A stretch of DNA of 64,000 nucleotides. Origin: an uncultured Eubacteriales bacterium. Lineage in GTDB: Bacteria; Bacillota; Clostridia; Christensenellales; Aristaeellaceae. Numbering within the stretch: position 1 is the stretch's first letter; each line of letters starts with the position of its first letter. Location of the stretch: positions 155-64,154 of the forward strand of contig CADBCX010000008.1 in the NCBI GenBank assembly GCA_902793245.1, written 5' to 3'. Made by a program: the position numbers and the translations under genes. The notes beneath the pieces are model-generated. The model searched no databases, was not told where the DNA came from, and was given only the letters and a program-made list of their open reading frames with translations. This document shows positions 25,773 to 36,217 of the stretch, piece by piece.

Positions 25773-27104
25773 ATGAACAACCGAATTCAAGCCTTTGTGA
25801 ACCGCCTGCAAAAAGAGGACGTGAACATGCACGGCTTCCTCCTGACAGTGGACGGGCAGGAGAAAGCGAAAGCGTACTACGCGCCGTTTAAGGAAGGCCA
25901 GCCCCACCGGATGTATTCTGTCAGCAAGACCATGACCGTCCTTGCCATCGGCATGCTGCTGGACGAAGGCAAGCTGGGGCTGGACGATCATATCTGTGAT
26001 TATTTCCGGGACTATCTGCCGGAGAATCCCTCTCCGTGGCTGACCGGGCTGACCATCCGGGACATGCTGCGCATGGCCACCTGCTACCGCTGGACCCAGT
26101 ACCGGGAAGGCGTGGACGAGGACTGGGCCAAACCCTTCTTTACCGGCACGCCCACCCACGCGCCGGGCAGCGTGTTCTATTACGACACCGGCTGCTCCCA
26201 GGTGTTCGCCGCGCTGGTGAAGCGCATAAGCGGCCAGGAAACCATCGACTTCCTGGAAGAAAGGCTGTTCAAGCCCCTGGGCTGCCAGGATGAGCGTTAC
26301 TGGCTGCGCGACCCCTCCGGCTGCTGCCAGGGCGGCACGGGCCTGTGCATGAGCCTGCGGGATCTGCACCGGGTAGCCCTCTGTCTGCTGAATGGGGGAG
26401 AGGGCATCGTGCCCGCCTGGTTCGCCAAGGAAATGACGGAAAAGCACATCGACACCCTCATGCAGGCCAACGAGGAAGAACAGTACGGCTACTGCTGGCA
26501 GTGCTGGCGCATCCGCGCGGGCTGGGTGATGTACGGCATGGGCGGCCAGCTGGCCATCGTGTGCCCGGACAAAAAAACCGTGCTCTCCACCATCGCCGAC
26601 GTGCGCCTGGACCCCTGGGGCATCCAGCGGCTGTACGACGCTTTCTTTGAGGAGATTTATCCCTATATCGGGCAGGAGGACATGGAGCCTGTCACGCTGG
26701 AACTGGCCTGCCACACCGTTCCCGACCATCCGGCCTTCGGCATCCCCGAAACCGGGGTGTATCAATTCCCCGACGGCAACCAGATGCAGATGAAGTCCCT
26801 GCAATTGATGGGCGACTGCCTGTACTACGAAAACGCCCACGGCAAATGCGTCCTGCCCTTCGGCCGGGGGGAGAACAGGGAAATCGGCTTCCCCGGTTAT
26901 CCCGGCGTGCCCGGCCTGGCCTGCGGCGGCTGGGTGGACAAAGACCTGCTGCGTATCCGCTGCTACGCCATCGGGGACTCCCCCTGCGGCTTTGACATGC
27001 TGATTCACTTCCAGGGGAACACCGCCACCGTCCAGGGCCGCCGCTCCTACGACGCCATGACCCACGGCTACGAGGGCGTGGCGACGGGCGTTCTCGCGGA
27101 TTGA
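25773..27104 (+). CDS. serine hydrolase, beta-lactamase/PBP4* family
   Basis: S-x-x-K motif YSVSKTM near the N-terminus. 443 aa. RBS AAAGGAGA. Confidence 0.75.
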   Translation: MNNRIQAFVNRLQKEDVNMHGFLLTVDGQEKAKAYYAPFKEGQPHRMYSVSKTMTVLAIGMLLDEGKLGLDDHICDYFRDYLPENPSPWLTGLTIRDMLRMATCYRWTQYREGVDEDWAKPFFTGTPTHAPGSVFYYDTGCSQVFAALVKRISGQETIDFLEERLFKPLGCQDERYWLRDPSGCCQGGTGLCMSLRDLHRVALCLLNGGEGIVPAWFAKEMTEKHIDTLMQANEEEQYGYCWQCWRIRAGWVMYGMGGQLAIVCPDKKTVLSTIADVRLDPWGIQRLYDAFFEEIYPYIGQEDMEPVTLELACHTVPDHPAFGIPETGVYQFPDGNQMQMKSLQLMGDCLYYENAHGKCVLPFGRGENREIGFPGYPGVPGLACGGWVDKDLLRIRCYAIGDSPCGFDMLIHFQGNTATVQGRRSYDAMTHGYEGVATGVLAD

Positions 27105-27153
27105 TAGGGCATGATCGGATGATCCGGTGACCCAAAGGCGGAGGCATGATACC

Positions 27154-28299
27154 ATGAAATTTCTCTTTGCGCCCGATTCCTTCAAGGGTTCGCTGTCGGC
27201 GTTGGCATGCTGCGATCTTCTGGAGACAGCCGCGGCCCGCGTTTTCCCCGGCGTGGAGACCGTGTCCGTGCCCGTGGCAGACGGCGGCGAGGGCACCGTG
27301 GACGCCCTGTTGCGCGCCATGGGCGGCGAGCGGATGCGCACCAAAGTGACCGGCCCGCTGTTCGAGGAAGAAACCTCGGAGTGGGGCCTGCTGCCGGACG
27401 GCACCGCCGTGCTGGAAATGGCCCAGGCCAGCGGCTTGCCCTATGTGCCCGCTGACAGGCGCGACCCGCGGAAAACCACCAGCCTGGGCACCGGCGAAAT
27501 GATCGCCGACGCGCTGGAAAAAGGCGCGCGGCGTCTGCTTATCGGCATCGGCGGCAGCGCCACCAACGACGGCGGCCTTGGTATGCTCACCGCCTTAGGC
27601 GCTGTGTTCACCGACAGAAACGGAAACAGAATCACCCCCATCGGCGGGGAAATGATGCATGTGGCGAAGGCCGATTTTTCCGGCCTGCTGTCCGGGCTGA
27701 AAGAAACGGAAATCACCGTGATCTGCGACGTGACCAACCCGCTGCTTGGCCCGGACGGGGCCACCTTCATCTATGGCCCCCAGAAAGGCGCGACGCCTGA
27801 AATAAGGGATGAACTGGAAGCCGGCATGGCGCACTTTGCCAAGGTCGTGGAAAAGGCCATGGGCCATGATATTTCTTCCTTCCCCGGCGCGGGCGCGGCG
27901 GGCGGTATGGGCGCGGCCCTGGGCGGCGTGCTGGGCGCGAAGCTGAAAAGCGGCATCGACGCGGTATTGGATGCGGTGGATTTTGACAGTAAGCTGGATG
28001 GCGTTTCCCTGGCTGTGACGGGCGAAGGCCGCATGGACGGCCAGAGCGTGCGCTTCGGCAAAGTGCCCGTGGGCGTGGCGAAGCGCTGCGCGGTGAAGGG
28101 CATCCCCACCGTCGCCATCGTGGGCGGCATCGGGGACGGCGCGGAAGGGCTGTTCGACCTGTGCGAAAGCACCATCATGACCACCGTATCCGGCCCCATG
28201 AGCCTGGAAACAGCCATGCGGGACGCCGCCGGCCTCTACGCTTCCGCCGCGGAGCGCCTGTTCCGCGCCATCCGGATCGGCATGGGGCTGGGGAAATAA
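27154..28299 (+). CDS. glxK: glycerate kinase
   Basis: MKFLFAPDSFKGSL...VPVADGGEGTVDAL...GIGGSATNDGGLGML are hallmark GlxK/GarK motifs. Confidence 0.9.
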   Translation: MKFLFAPDSFKGSLSALACCDLLETAAARVFPGVETVSVPVADGGEGTVDALLRAMGGERMRTKVTGPLFEEETSEWGLLPDGTAVLEMAQASGLPYVPADRRDPRKTTSLGTGEMIADALEKGARRLLIGIGGSATNDGGLGMLTALGAVFTDRNGNRITPIGGEMMHVAKADFSGLLSGLKETEITVICDVTNPLLGPDGATFIYGPQKGATPEIRDELEAGMAHFAKVVEKAMGHDISSFPGAGAAGGMGAALGGVLGAKLKSGIDAVLDAVDFDSKLDGVSLAVTGEGRMDGQSVRFGKVPVGVAKRCAVKGIPTVAIVGGIGDGAEGLFDLCESTIMTTVSGPMSLETAMRDAAGLYASAAERLFRAIRIGMGLGK

Positions 28300-28433
28300 A
28301 TGCGGTTTTCCATTTCTTGTTTACACATTTTTCATATTTGCTTGTTGCGCGATACAGGCTTTTTCAGATATAATATAAACGAAAGTGCATGAGCGCATGC
28401 GAAAAAAGAAATAAAACACAAGGAGGAAAACAT

Positions 28434-31316
28434 ATGCTTGGCATTAACATGAACGACGTGCTGACCACGCTCGGCCTGCTGCAGAACCACCTGATTGCGA
28501 TCGGTATCTGCCTGGTGCTGGCCATCATCGTGACCATCGCCGCCGTTAAAATCAAGAAGCCCGCGCGCGGTCTGGTGCGCGGCACCGCCTGGGTGGCGTT
28601 CATCCTGGCGCTGGTGCTGGTGGTGAACCTGATCCTCACCGGCCCCATGTACAGCATGGTGAGCATGGTGTTTAAAAAGAGCGGGGACATCAGCGAGCAA
28701 AGCATCAAGACCGCCCAGGACCTGTGCGAGGACATTGCCGACGAAGGCTTTGTGCTGCTCAAGAACGACGGCCTGCTGCCGCTGGAAGCCAACGCCAAGG
28801 TGAACACCTTCGGCTGGTCTTCCACCAATCCCGTGTACGGCGGCACCGGCTCCGGCTCCCTGTCCGGGCTGTATGAAACCGTCAGCCTGCTCAAGGGCCT
28901 GGAGAACGCGGGCATCCAGTACAACGCCGACCTGGTCAAGTTCTACACCGACTGGCGCGCTGCCCGTCCCGTGATCGGCATGTTCGGCCAGGACTGGACG
29001 ATTCCCGAAATGAGCGCCGAAGAATATGACGCCTCCGGCATCATCGACAAGGCCAAGAGCTATTCCGACACCGCGATCATCGTCATCGCCCGCTCCGGCG
29101 GCGAAGGAGCCGACCTGCCCACCACCCTGGACCCCGCCATTCCCGCTACCTTCGTGGATAACGGCGGCGGCATGTTCGGCGTCAGCGGCGTGCGCCTGAG
29201 CGAATACCCCGAAGACCTGGACGCCTCCAAGCATTACCTGGAGCTGACCACCCGCGAAGCCGCGATGGTGGAAAAAGTCACTGCTGCGTTTGACAAGGTC
29301 ATCGTGGTGATCAACGCCTCCAACGCCATGGAGCTGGGCTGGGTCAACGATTATCCCAGCATCAAGGCTGTCATCCTTGCCCCCGGCCCCGGCCAGACCG
29401 GCTTCAACGCCCTGGGCAACATCATCGACACCTTCGTGGCCGACCTGACCGCCGCCCCCAACTTTAACAACATCGGCGAATTCGTCTACACCAACGCCGA
29501 AGATGTGTCTCCCGAAGTGGCTGGCTGGGGCGGCCCGCCCAGCGTGGTGACCCCCAACTTTGTGGACTATGTGGAAGGCATCTACGTGGGCTACCGCTGG
29601 TATGAAACCGCCGCCGCGGAAGGCAAGATCGACTATGACGCCTCCGTCGTGTATCCCTTCGGCTACGGCCTGAGCTACACCACCTTCGAGCAGAAGATGG
29701 GCGACATCGCCGAAGCCAACGGCGTGCTCTCCTTCGACGTGACCGTGACCAACACCGGTTCTGTCGCCGGCAAGGACGTGGTGGAAGTGTACTACAATCC
29801 GCCTTATGTGAACGGCGGCATTGAAAAGTCCACCGCCAACCTGGTGGCCTTCGCCAAGACCGGCGTCATCGAGCCCGGCAAGAGCGAAACCGTCAAGATC
29901 TCCTTCAGCGTGGAGGACATGGCCTCCTTCGACTACAAGAACGCCAAGGCGTATGTGCTGGACGCGGGCGATTATGTGATCTCCATCAACAAGGACGCCC
30001 ATAACGTCATCGACTCCAAGACCTACACCCTGGCCAGCGCCATCACCTACGGCCAGGACAACAAGCGCGCCAGCGATCAGGAAGCCGCCGTTTCCCGGTT
30101 CGATTACGCCCTGGGCAACGTGACCTACCTGTCCCGCGCCGACGGCTTCGCTAACTATGACCAGGCCGTGGCCGCGCCCACCGACTACACCATGACCGAC
30201 GAAATCAAGGATGGCTTCTACAACCACAAGACCTACGATCCCACCCAGTTCAACAACCCCGACGACAAGATGCCCACCACCGGCGCGAAGAACGGCCTGA
30301 CCATCGCCAGTATGCGCGGCAAGGATTACGACGATCCTCAGTGGGATAAGCTGCTGGATCAGCTGAGCATCGACGACATGGTCAGCCTCATCGGCACCGG
30401 CGGCTATCAGAGCGTGCCCGTCAACTCCGTGGGCAAGACCCAGCAGATCGACTGCGACGGCCCTGCTTCCATCAACAACAACTTCACCGGCAAGGCCTCC
30501 ATCGGCTTCCCCGCGGGCGTCGTGATCGCCTCCACCTGGGGCACCGACCTGGCCAAGAGCTTCGGCCGCTCCATCGGCCAGATGGCGGATGAAATGGATG
30601 TGTCCGGCTGGTACGCTCCCGCCATGAACATCCACCGCTCCGCCTTCGCGGGCCGCAACTTCGAGTACTACTCTGAGGACGGCTTCATCTCCGGCAAGAT
30701 GGCGGCCAACGCCATCCAGGGCGCGGCGGAAAGCGGCGTGTACTCCTTCATGAAGCACTTCGCCCTCAACGACCAGGAGACCCACCGCACCGATATGCTG
30801 CTGACCTGGACCAACGAACAGGCCATGCGCGAGATTTACCTCAAGCCCTTTGAGCTGTCCGTGAAGGAAGGCCACGCGGGCGCCGTCATGTCCGCCTTCA
30901 ACTACATCGGCAACAAGTACGCCGCCGCCACCCCCGAGCTGCAGAAGGAAGTACTGCGCAACGAATGGGGCTTCCGCGGCATGGTGCTGACCGACTACTT
31001 CGGCGGCTACGGCTATCAGGACGCCGATATCCTGATCCGCAACGGCAACGACTTCTGCCTGACGCCCCAGGCCACCGACTTCTCCAAGGTCACCGACACC
31101 ACCAGCGCCACCTCCGTGCTGGCGATGCGGCAGGCCTGCAAGAACATCCTCTACACCACCGCCAACAGCCGCGCCTACGCCACCGATTCCAAGGCGGGCA
31201 TGCCCACCTGGGAAAAGATCATGTACGGCATCATCGCCGCCATCGTGCTGCTCTGCGCGCTGTGGGAGTTCCTGATGATCCGCAAGTACCGCAAAGCCAA
31301 GAAAGCCGCGAAGTAA
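28434..31316 (+). CDS. glycoside hydrolase family 3 with permuted domain order, N-terminal 2-TM and C-terminal TM anchors
   Basis: The alpha/beta-sandwich domain (EGFVLLKNDGLLPL) and Fn3-like domain (YPFGYGLSYTTF) precede the barrel (KHFALNDQE, GFRGMVLTDY). Hydrophobic segments at both ends. Confidence 0.85.
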   Translation: MLGINMNDVLTTLGLLQNHLIAIGICLVLAIIVTIAAVKIKKPARGLVRGTAWVAFILALVLVVNLILTGPMYSMVSMVFKKSGDISEQSIKTAQDLCEDIADEGFVLLKNDGLLPLEANAKVNTFGWSSTNPVYGGTGSGSLSGLYETVSLLKGLENAGIQYNADLVKFYTDWRAARPVIGMFGQDWTIPEMSAEEYDASGIIDKAKSYSDTAIIVIARSGGEGADLPTTLDPAIPATFVDNGGGMFGVSGVRLSEYPEDLDASKHYLELTTREAAMVEKVTAAFDKVIVVINASNAMELGWVNDYPSIKAVILAPGPGQTGFNALGNIIDTFVADLTAAPNFNNIGEFVYTNAEDVSPEVAGWGGPPSVVTPNFVDYVEGIYVGYRWYETAAAEGKIDYDASVVYPFGYGLSYTTFEQKMGDIAEANGVLSFDVTVTNTGSVAGKDVVEVYYNPPYVNGGIEKSTANLVAFAKTGVIEPGKSETVKISFSVEDMASFDYKNAKAYVLDAGDYVISINKDAHNVIDSKTYTLASAITYGQDNKRASDQEAAVSRFDYALGNVTYLSRADGFANYDQAVAAPTDYTMTDEIKDGFYNHKTYDPTQFNNPDDKMPTTGAKNGLTIASMRGKDYDDPQWDKLLDQLSIDDMVSLIGTGGYQSVPVNSVGKTQQIDCDGPASINNNFTGKASIGFPAGVVIASTWGTDLAKSFGRSIGQMADEMDVSGWYAPAMNIHRSAFAGRNFEYYSEDGFISGKMAANAIQGAAESGVYSFMKHFALNDQETHRTDMLLTWTNEQAMREIYLKPFELSVKEGHAGAVMSAFNYIGNKYAAATPELQKEVLRNEWGFRGMVLTDYFGGYGYQDADILIRNGNDFCLTPQATDFSKVTDTTSATSVLAMRQACKNILYTTANSRAYATDSKAGMPTWEKIMYGIIAAIVLLCALWEFLMIRKYRKAKKAAK

Positions 31317-31345
31317 ACGCGGATTCATCCATCGCAAAACCCATC

Positions 31346-31374
31346 CGCCGGGCTCTTCGGAGCCCGGCGTTTTC
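31346..31374 (+). terminator. intrinsic terminator after GH3
   Basis: CGCCGGGCTC-TTCG-GAGCCCGGCG followed by TTTT. Confidence 0.7.
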
Positions 31375-31386
31375 TTCCGGCAAGGC

Positions 31387-31415
31387 TTGCAAAGCGGCGC
31401 TGTCTCGATTATACT
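31387..31415 (+). promoter_or_regulatory. candidate pepT promoter
   Basis: TTGCAA, 17-nt spacer, TATACT. Confidence 0.45.
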
Positions 31416-31453
31416 GGATATCAGTCATCATCCATGAAAGGAAGCGTTTTGAC

Positions 31454-32662
31454 ATGCAGGTTGAAGAACGGTTTTTGCGCTATATCAGCATCGACACCAC
31501 CAGCGACGAGGCGTGCGCCGACTGCCCCTCGTCCAAAAGCCAATGGGAACTGGCCCGGATGCTGGAAAAGGAAATGAAAGAACTGGGCCTGTCCGATGTG
31601 CGGGTGGACGAGCATTGCTATGTGTACGGGTTCATTCCGGCGAACGCGGAAAACGCCCCGGCCATCGGCCTGATCGCCCACATGGACACCTCCGACGCCG
31701 TGCCGGGCGGCCCCATGAACGCGCGCATCCTGCGCTATGCGGGCGGCGACGTGACGCTGGACGCGGACAAGGGCATCGTGATGCGGGAGAAGGACTACCC
31801 TTCCCTCGCGGATAAAAAGGGAAAAGACCTGATCGTGACCGACGGCAGCACCTTGCTGGGCGCGGACGACAAGGCGGGCGTCGCCGAGATCATGACCTTC
31901 TGCGAATACGCGCTCACCCATCCCGAATACCGGCACGGCAAAATCTGCGTGGGCTTTACGCCCGACGAGGAAATCGGGCGCGGGGCCGACCTGTTCGACG
32001 TGGCGGGCTTCGGCGCGGACTTCGCCTACACCCTGGACGGCGGGAAAGCCAATGAAATGGAATATGAAAACTTCAACGCCGCCGCCGCCCGGATCCTGGT
32101 GCACGGCTTTTCCATCCATCCCGGCAGCGCGAAAAACAAGATGCGCAACGCTGTCCGGCTGGCGATGGAGTTTGACGCCATGCTTCCCGCCGACGAGCGG
32201 CCCGAGCACACCGAGGGCTACGAAGGCTTCTACCACCTGACCGACTTCCGGGGTGAAACGCAGCAGGCCGAACTGCGCTACATCATCCGCGACCACGACC
32301 GGCAGAAGTTCGAGCAGCGCAAGCAGCGGATGCAAAAAATCGCCGCTTATCTGAATGAAAAGTACGGCGACGGCGCCTTTGAACTGACGCTCAAAGACAG
32401 TTATTTCAACATGAAAGAGAAGGTACAGGAGAAGCCTGAGGTGATCGACCGCGCCGTGAACGCCATCCGCGCCTGCGGCCTGACGCCCGCCTGCGTGCCC
32501 ATCCGCGGCGGCACCGACGGAGCGACCCTGTCCTATAAGGGCCTGGTGTGTCCCAACCTGGGCACCGGCAGCTACAACCACCACGGCGTGTTTGAATATG
32601 CCTGCGTGCAGGAAATGGAAACTATGGTGGAGATCGCGAAGCGCATCGCGGCGGCGGATTGA
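31454..32662 (+). CDS. pepT: peptidase T (tripeptide aminopeptidase, M20B)
   Basis: MQVEERFLRYISIDTTSDE..., HMDTSD, GADDKAGVAEIM, TPDEEIGRGA are typical PepT motifs. Confidence 0.9.
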   Translation: MQVEERFLRYISIDTTSDEACADCPSSKSQWELARMLEKEMKELGLSDVRVDEHCYVYGFIPANAENAPAIGLIAHMDTSDAVPGGPMNARILRYAGGDVTLDADKGIVMREKDYPSLADKKGKDLIVTDGSTLLGADDKAGVAEIMTFCEYALTHPEYRHGKICVGFTPDEEIGRGADLFDVAGFGADFAYTLDGGKANEMEYENFNAAAARILVHGFSIHPGSAKNKMRNAVRLAMEFDAMLPADERPEHTEGYEGFYHLTDFRGETQQAELRYIIRDHDRQKFEQRKQRMQKIAAYLNEKYGDGAFELTLKDSYFNMKEKVQEKPEVIDRAVNAIRACGLTPACVPIRGGTDGATLSYKGLVCPNLGTGSYNHHGVFEYACVQEMETMVEIAKRIAAAD

Positions 32663-32666
32663 CGCG

Positions 32667-33938
32667 TCAGCGCAGCAACAGGGAAATCAGCTCGCAGAAC
32701 AGAATCAGCCCATGCCCGGCCATGCTGGCGAAAGCCGCGCCGTATATGCCCCGGGCGGGCGTCCATTGCCAGGTGCACAGCAGGGTGGCGGCGGCTCCCA
32801 GCAGCCCGGCGGCCAGGGAACGCTTTTGCAGGCCCAGGCCGGTCATCATCCCGTTCACTGTCTGCTGCACGGGCAGCAGCACCGCCAGCGGCACGGCGGC
32901 GCGGAGCAGCTGCGTCAGTTCGGGCAGGCGGTAAAACAGATTGGACACATAAGGGGCCAGGGCGTACAATCCCGCGGCGGACAGCAGGCCCGTCGCAAGG
33001 CCCGCGGACAGCAGGCGGAGAGCCAGACGGTTTTCCGCCTGTTTTGTTTTGCATCGGGCCATGGCCGGGCCGCCCACCGCCGCCAGCGCGCCGGAAATCA
33101 GGCAGGGCAGGAACATGAGGGGCATCGCCATCCCGCTGAACATGCCCAGCCTGCTCATGGCTTCCGCTTTTTCCAAGCCGCCCGCCATCAGCCGCTGCGG
33201 GATGATGACGCCGCAAAGGGAGCGCAGCCCGGTATGGCAGAAACGGTTCAGCAGCAGCGGCAGGCTGAGGGAGAAGAGCTTTCTTCGCCTGCCCGGCAAT
33301 CGGCTGTCTTTGCGGAAGGAGGGAATGCTTCCCGCCATGGCCAGGATGACTGCCAGCCCAGCCGCCTCGCCCAGCGTGGACGCCACGGCGGGCAGCGCGG
33401 CGCGGTACGCCACCGTGACCCGGGGAACCAAAAACGCCAGCGCGCCCACCACGCCCAGGCGGACGAGCTGCTCCGCCCCTTCGCTCAGCGCGGGCGGCAG
33501 GGCTTTTCCCCGGCCGAAAAAATACCCGTCGTACACGCTGGACAGGCCCACCGTCAGCACGCACGGCGCAAAAAACACCAGGGCGGGCAGCGTTCTTTCG
33601 TCGCCCAGCAGCCGGGCCAGAACCGGCGACAAAAACAAAAACAGCGGCGTGACGCACAGCCCCATCCACGCCGCCATCTGCCGTCCGGCGTACAGGGTCA
33701 GCCGCCGCTGTTCATCGTTCTCCGCCTTGGCGGTCAGGCGGCTCACCGCGCTGGGCAGCCCGGCAGCCGCCGGGGTCAGCGCCAGCATGTGCGCGCCGGA
33801 CGCCAGCTCCGTCACGCCCAGGGCTTCCGCGCCCAGCAGCCGCGAAATCCACAGCCGCAGCCCGAACCCCATCGCCCGCACCAGCGCACCGCAGCACGCC
33901 GTGATCAGCGCCTGCCGCTTCAGGCTTTCCTTCCTCAT
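32667..33938 (-). CDS. MOP-superfamily polysaccharide/peptidoglycan-precursor flippase, SpoVB-like
   Basis: 423 aa, about 12 TM. The N-terminus (LKRQALITACCGALVRAMGFGLRLWISRLLGAEALG) resembles SpoVB/MurJ-like proteins. Confidence 0.7.
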   Translation of the reverse strand: MRKESLKRQALITACCGALVRAMGFGLRLWISRLLGAEALGVTELASGAHMLALTPAAAGLPSAVSRLTAKAENDEQRRLTLYAGRQMAAWMGLCVTPLFLFLSPVLARLLGDERTLPALVFFAPCVLTVGLSSVYDGYFFGRGKALPPALSEGAEQLVRLGVVGALAFLVPRVTVAYRAALPAVASTLGEAAGLAVILAMAGSIPSFRKDSRLPGRRRKLFSLSLPLLLNRFCHTGLRSLCGVIIPQRLMAGGLEKAEAMSRLGMFSGMAMPLMFLPCLISGALAAVGGPAMARCKTKQAENRLALRLLSAGLATGLLSAAGLYALAPYVSNLFYRLPELTQLLRAAVPLAVLLPVQQTVNGMMTGLGLQKRSLAAGLLGAAATLLCTWQWTPARGIYGAAFASMAGHGLILFCELISLLLR

Positions 33939-34215
33939 CCCCTCGCCTCCGCTTCCGTTCAGCGTATGCTGGGGAGAAGCGCTTTATTCTTTCGCAATCG
34001 TTCTGAGTTGCGCTTCTGGGCAGAGCGCGAAAAAGAACAAGGCAGTTCCCGCATGGCACAATCCCCGACAGGACAAAGGCCACCGGCCCTTGGCATGCAG
34101 TGAAAAAAACACTGTGGACAGCACAGGCTTCCATATGGTAAAATAAGCCATAGAGACAAACGGAAGGATACGCCGCCTTGCCAAACGATAAAACAAAGCG
34201 CAGAAGGAGGACAAT

Positions 34216-35172
34216 ATGAAAAAAGTACTTTGCTTTGCCTTGGTTCTGATGGTGCTCTGTGCCGCAGCAGGAATGGCGCTTGCGGCAGATGAACTGGCTG
34301 ACGCCGTATGCCCGGAGGAAGGTTTTTCCACAAAGATTCCAGCAGGATTGAACGCGGCGTATGAGAAAGAAAACGGACTGTGGATTTCCGTGGGCACGCC
34401 GGGCAAGGTGCCCTTTGTGCTGATCAGCCGCCGTCCCCTGGAATTGAAACTCAAAGATCCGGTGAATTACCTGAACAACGTTTACCGGGAGTATATGGAG
34501 AACACATACGGCGACAGGATGATCGGCACCAACCCGTGCAGGGAGTATGAAGTCGGCGGAAAGAAGCTGCTGGGCGCGCGGTATCTGTATAAGGTGCAGG
34601 ACTACACGCTGTGCCTGTTCCGCCTGATCGAAGTGCGGGAGGATGGCGACGTGGAATATTCCGCCAAATACATCGACGGCAAGGGCGAAGCGACGCTCTC
34701 CGTGCTGGAAACGGCCGTCAGGTATTATGAGGTTCAGGAGAAGACAAACGACAATCTCCTTTCCATCACCATCAACGGCGCGGACTACCGAATCGGCACA
34801 AGCACCCTGATTGATTTCGTTGAAAACGGCTGGACATACGAAAAAGAAAACGACGGAGTGTTCGGCCTTTACAGCCCGGAAAACGAAAGCTGGATCTATG
34901 TCAAAACGCTCAATGGGGCCCCGGACGATCCTTTGCTTTCCCTGGACATGATGTGGGCGGACGGGGTGCCGATGGCGTATCAGGGTTTTAACGAAAACGG
35001 TGAACAGACGGACGGCCAGGCAGGGCAATCGCTCTGGGATTGGCTCGTCGATTCCTTTGACGCGCGGGAAAATGAAGACGGCACACTGGTTGCAAAAGTT
35101 CCGCTCAGCAGCGGGAATGATGTGCAAATCGAAACGAGGGGAGTCCGGGTCAGGCTGTCGATCGTTCCCTGA
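34216..35172 (+). CDS. secreted protein of unknown function (PsbP/DcrB-like fold suspected), paralog of next gene
   Basis: Signal peptide. Shares a domain with 35201-36217 (GGKKLLGARYLYKVQDYTLCLFRLIEV...YSAKYIDGKGEATLSVLETAV versus GGRLLPLGRYSYRVKDQSVTMLRVIDS...YTAKYLTGKGADTMAALDAAV). Confidence 0.6.
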   Translation: MKKVLCFALVLMVLCAAAGMALAADELADAVCPEEGFSTKIPAGLNAAYEKENGLWISVGTPGKVPFVLISRRPLELKLKDPVNYLNNVYREYMENTYGDRMIGTNPCREYEVGGKKLLGARYLYKVQDYTLCLFRLIEVREDGDVEYSAKYIDGKGEATLSVLETAVRYYEVQEKTNDNLLSITINGADYRIGTSTLIDFVENGWTYEKENDGVFGLYSPENESWIYVKTLNGAPDDPLLSLDMMWADGVPMAYQGFNENGEQTDGQAGQSLWDWLVDSFDARENEDGTLVAKVPLSSGNDVQIETRGVRVRLSIVP

Positions 35173-35200
35173 GTGAAATGAACCAGAAAGGAGAATCGCC

Positions 35201-36217
35201 ATGCGAAAACTGATCGCGTTCCTTCTTGCCCTGTTCCTGGCGCTTCCCTGTATCGCCGCGCCGGCGGAGGAAGAAAGCGTCATCCGCCGCGCCGTGCCTT
35301 ATCCGGGCGAGAATTTTTCCATCGCCATCCCCGCCCAGTATCTCGCCTTCTACAAAGAAGAACTGGGGCTGACCATCAGCGCCGGCATTGACAAGACGAC
35401 ATTCTATGCGCGGGTGAAGGTGATGCCGGACGATCCCGATACCTTTTCTGAGGAAGATTATTTTGAAAATGTCTGGCTTCCCGGCCAGCGATCCGTCTAC
35501 ATCGGAAAGAACTACAATTTGGTGCTGGACGAGGGGAAAACCCAGACCTATACCGTCTCCGGACGGGAAATGATCGGGCATCCGTTCCTGCTCAAAATCG
35601 CGGGCAAAGAAAACTGCGATCTGATGCTGTTTGACCGCTGGGATGGCAAGGTCATCCGCTATGAACTCTATTTTCCTCAAAATGATCCCGACGCCGCGCT
35701 GCAGCTGTTGGGAAACATGGTGCGCAGCGTAACCAAGCATGCCCTGGCGCCCAAAGAGACCCAGCAAACCGTCGCCCCCATTGTGTGCCCGGAACAGTTC
35801 TTTTCATTCTCCGCCAGGCCCGCTTATCCGTGGGAATTTGACAAAAACAACGGAGTGACGGTCTACACCGAAGAGAAGGGCCGCATCCCGTATATCATGG
35901 TGTACCAGAGCAACAACCTGATCGCAGAAGACTATGAATACCTGAAAGAACAGTATACGCCGCATATCAAAGAAGTCTACGGCGACGATCTGATTTCCTA
36001 TAGCGAGTATGAACGCTTTGCCATCGGCGGCAGGCTCCTGCCCCTCGGCCGGTATTCCTATCGGGTGAAGGATCAGTCCGTCACCATGCTTCGCGTGATC
36101 GACTCCTCCGGGAAGCGCACAGTGGTCTATACAGCCAAGTATCTGACCGGCAAAGGCGCGGATACCATGGCTGCGCTGGACGCCGCCGTCGCCAGCTTTC
36201 AGTCCTCCGTGAGGTGA
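35201..36217 (+). CDS. secreted protein of unknown function, two copies of the same domain
   Basis: Signal peptide LLALFLALPCIAAPA. Paralogous to 34216-35172. Confidence 0.6.
   Translation: MRKLIAFLLALFLALPCIAAPAEEESVIRRAVPYPGENFSIAIPAQYLAFYKEELGLTISAGIDKTTFYARVKVMPDDPDTFSEEDYFENVWLPGQRSVYIGKNYNLVLDEGKTQTYTVSGREMIGHPFLLKIAGKENCDLMLFDRWDGKVIRYELYFPQNDPDAALQLLGNMVRSVTKHALAPKETQQTVAPIVCPEQFFSFSARPAYPWEFDKNNGVTVYTEEKGRIPYIMVYQSNNLIAEDYEYLKEQYTPHIKEVYGDDLISYSEYERFAIGGRLLPLGRYSYRVKDQSVTMLRVIDSSGKRTVVYTAKYLTGKGADTMAALDAAVASFQSSVR

Noticed and set aside
28332-31337. 1001-aa minus-strand ORF
   Set aside because: It is antisense to the GH3 gene, which has clear family motifs. The composition is dominated by Gly/Ala/Val/His/Asp repeats, and no start context is present.
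30965-31453. Upstream 163 codons of the 565-aa ORF containing pepT
   Set aside because: This part overlaps the GH3 3' end, a terminator and a promoter. PepT homology begins at the ATG at 31454.
32572-34146. Several 365-503-aa ORFs (32592-34103 +, 33049-34146 +, 32572-33669 -) overlapping the SpoVB-like gene
   Set aside because: Their translations are Arg/Pro/Gly/Ala-rich and non-protein-like. Only the 32667-33938 minus frame gives a multi-TM flippase-like protein.
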